A stretch of 44,312 nt of DNA from positions 1 to 44,312 of IMG/VR virus record IMGVR_UViG_3300037424_000845, one strand, 5' to 3'. The stretch is from a virus. Lineage: Duplodnaviria; Caudoviricetes. Made by a program: the position numbers and the translations under genes. Of this stretch, positions 44,038 through 44,312 are shown one piece after another; positions within the stretch are counted from its first letter, which is position 1; the number at the start of each line of letters is the position of its first letter. Below the pieces are notes generated by a model, which was not told the origin of the DNA, made no database searches, and saw only the letters and a list, made by a program, of their open reading frames with translations.

Positions 44038-44312
44038 TCACGCCCCGTTCAAGCCGGCGTCTTGCTCCGGCAAATCGTTGTAGTCAAGGATGGCCTGGTA
44101 GTCCGGGGGATCCCGCCGGGCGATCGCCTGCACGGACTTCTTGGGTCGGCGAACGGACGCGCGGAACCCGACTTCGAATCCGTCGTTGATCGCGCCGCCC
44201 TCCCCGCTGTACATGCCCATCCCCAGGTAACCGCAGTCAAGATCCGGGCGACCCGGCGGGAGATCAATGGGGAACCAGGCGTGGCTCGCTCGCTCGATCC
44301 TCGCTCGATCGT
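44038..44312 (-). CDS. Hypothetical protein spanning the contig join (starts at ATG 146, about 97 aa)
   Basis: ATG at 146 overlaps the stop of the 143-265 ORF and reads MTSAASDDRARIERASHAWFPIDL...MGMYSGEGG...LNGA without a stop across the join. Confidence 0.6.
   Translation of the reverse strand, partial: DRARIERASHAWFPIDLPPGRPDLDCGYLGMGMYSGEGGAINDGFEVGFRASVRRPKKSVQAIARRDPPDYQAILDYNDLPEQDAGLNGA
44186..44312. repeat. Terminal direct repeat, copy 2
   Basis: Identical to 1-127. Confidence 0.95.

Overview
The window appears to be a complete, circularly assembled genome of a GC-rich tailed dsDNA phage. It has 44,185 bp of unique sequence, because bases 1-127 recur exactly at 44186-44312 and one gene reads in frame across the join. 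The layout is lambdoid/Mu-like. A leftward arm (4276 to 1, wrapping to 40661) carries a Cro-like HTH, a replication initiator with internal iterons, RusA, a GT2 glycosyltransferase and an AAA_25 helicase. A rightward arm (4551-14558) carries a RecE-like exonuclease, a Gp3-like recombination protein, many small ORFs, a D12-class adenine methylase and an RHH regulator. A minus-strand late operon (39290 to 14597) runs terS, terL, a portal fused to a minor-head domain, Mu-like protease, cement, capsid, neck, a siphovirus-type tail with a G/GT frameshift, tape measure, and lysis. I found no integrase, CI-like repressor, ParA/ParB, tRNA, CRISPR array or reverse transcriptase. The most unusual observations are: (1) three consecutive tail-fibre/depolymerase-like late genes that all begin with signal-peptide-like N-termini, with a glycosyltransferase inside the same tail module; (2) a perfect bacterial parS site flanked by two copies of a second palindrome in a phage lacking its own ParB and integrase; (3) an L,D-transpeptidase-family protein in the endolysin slot; (4) several repeat and structured non-coding elements. 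All calls come from motif recognition by eye, with no database searches.
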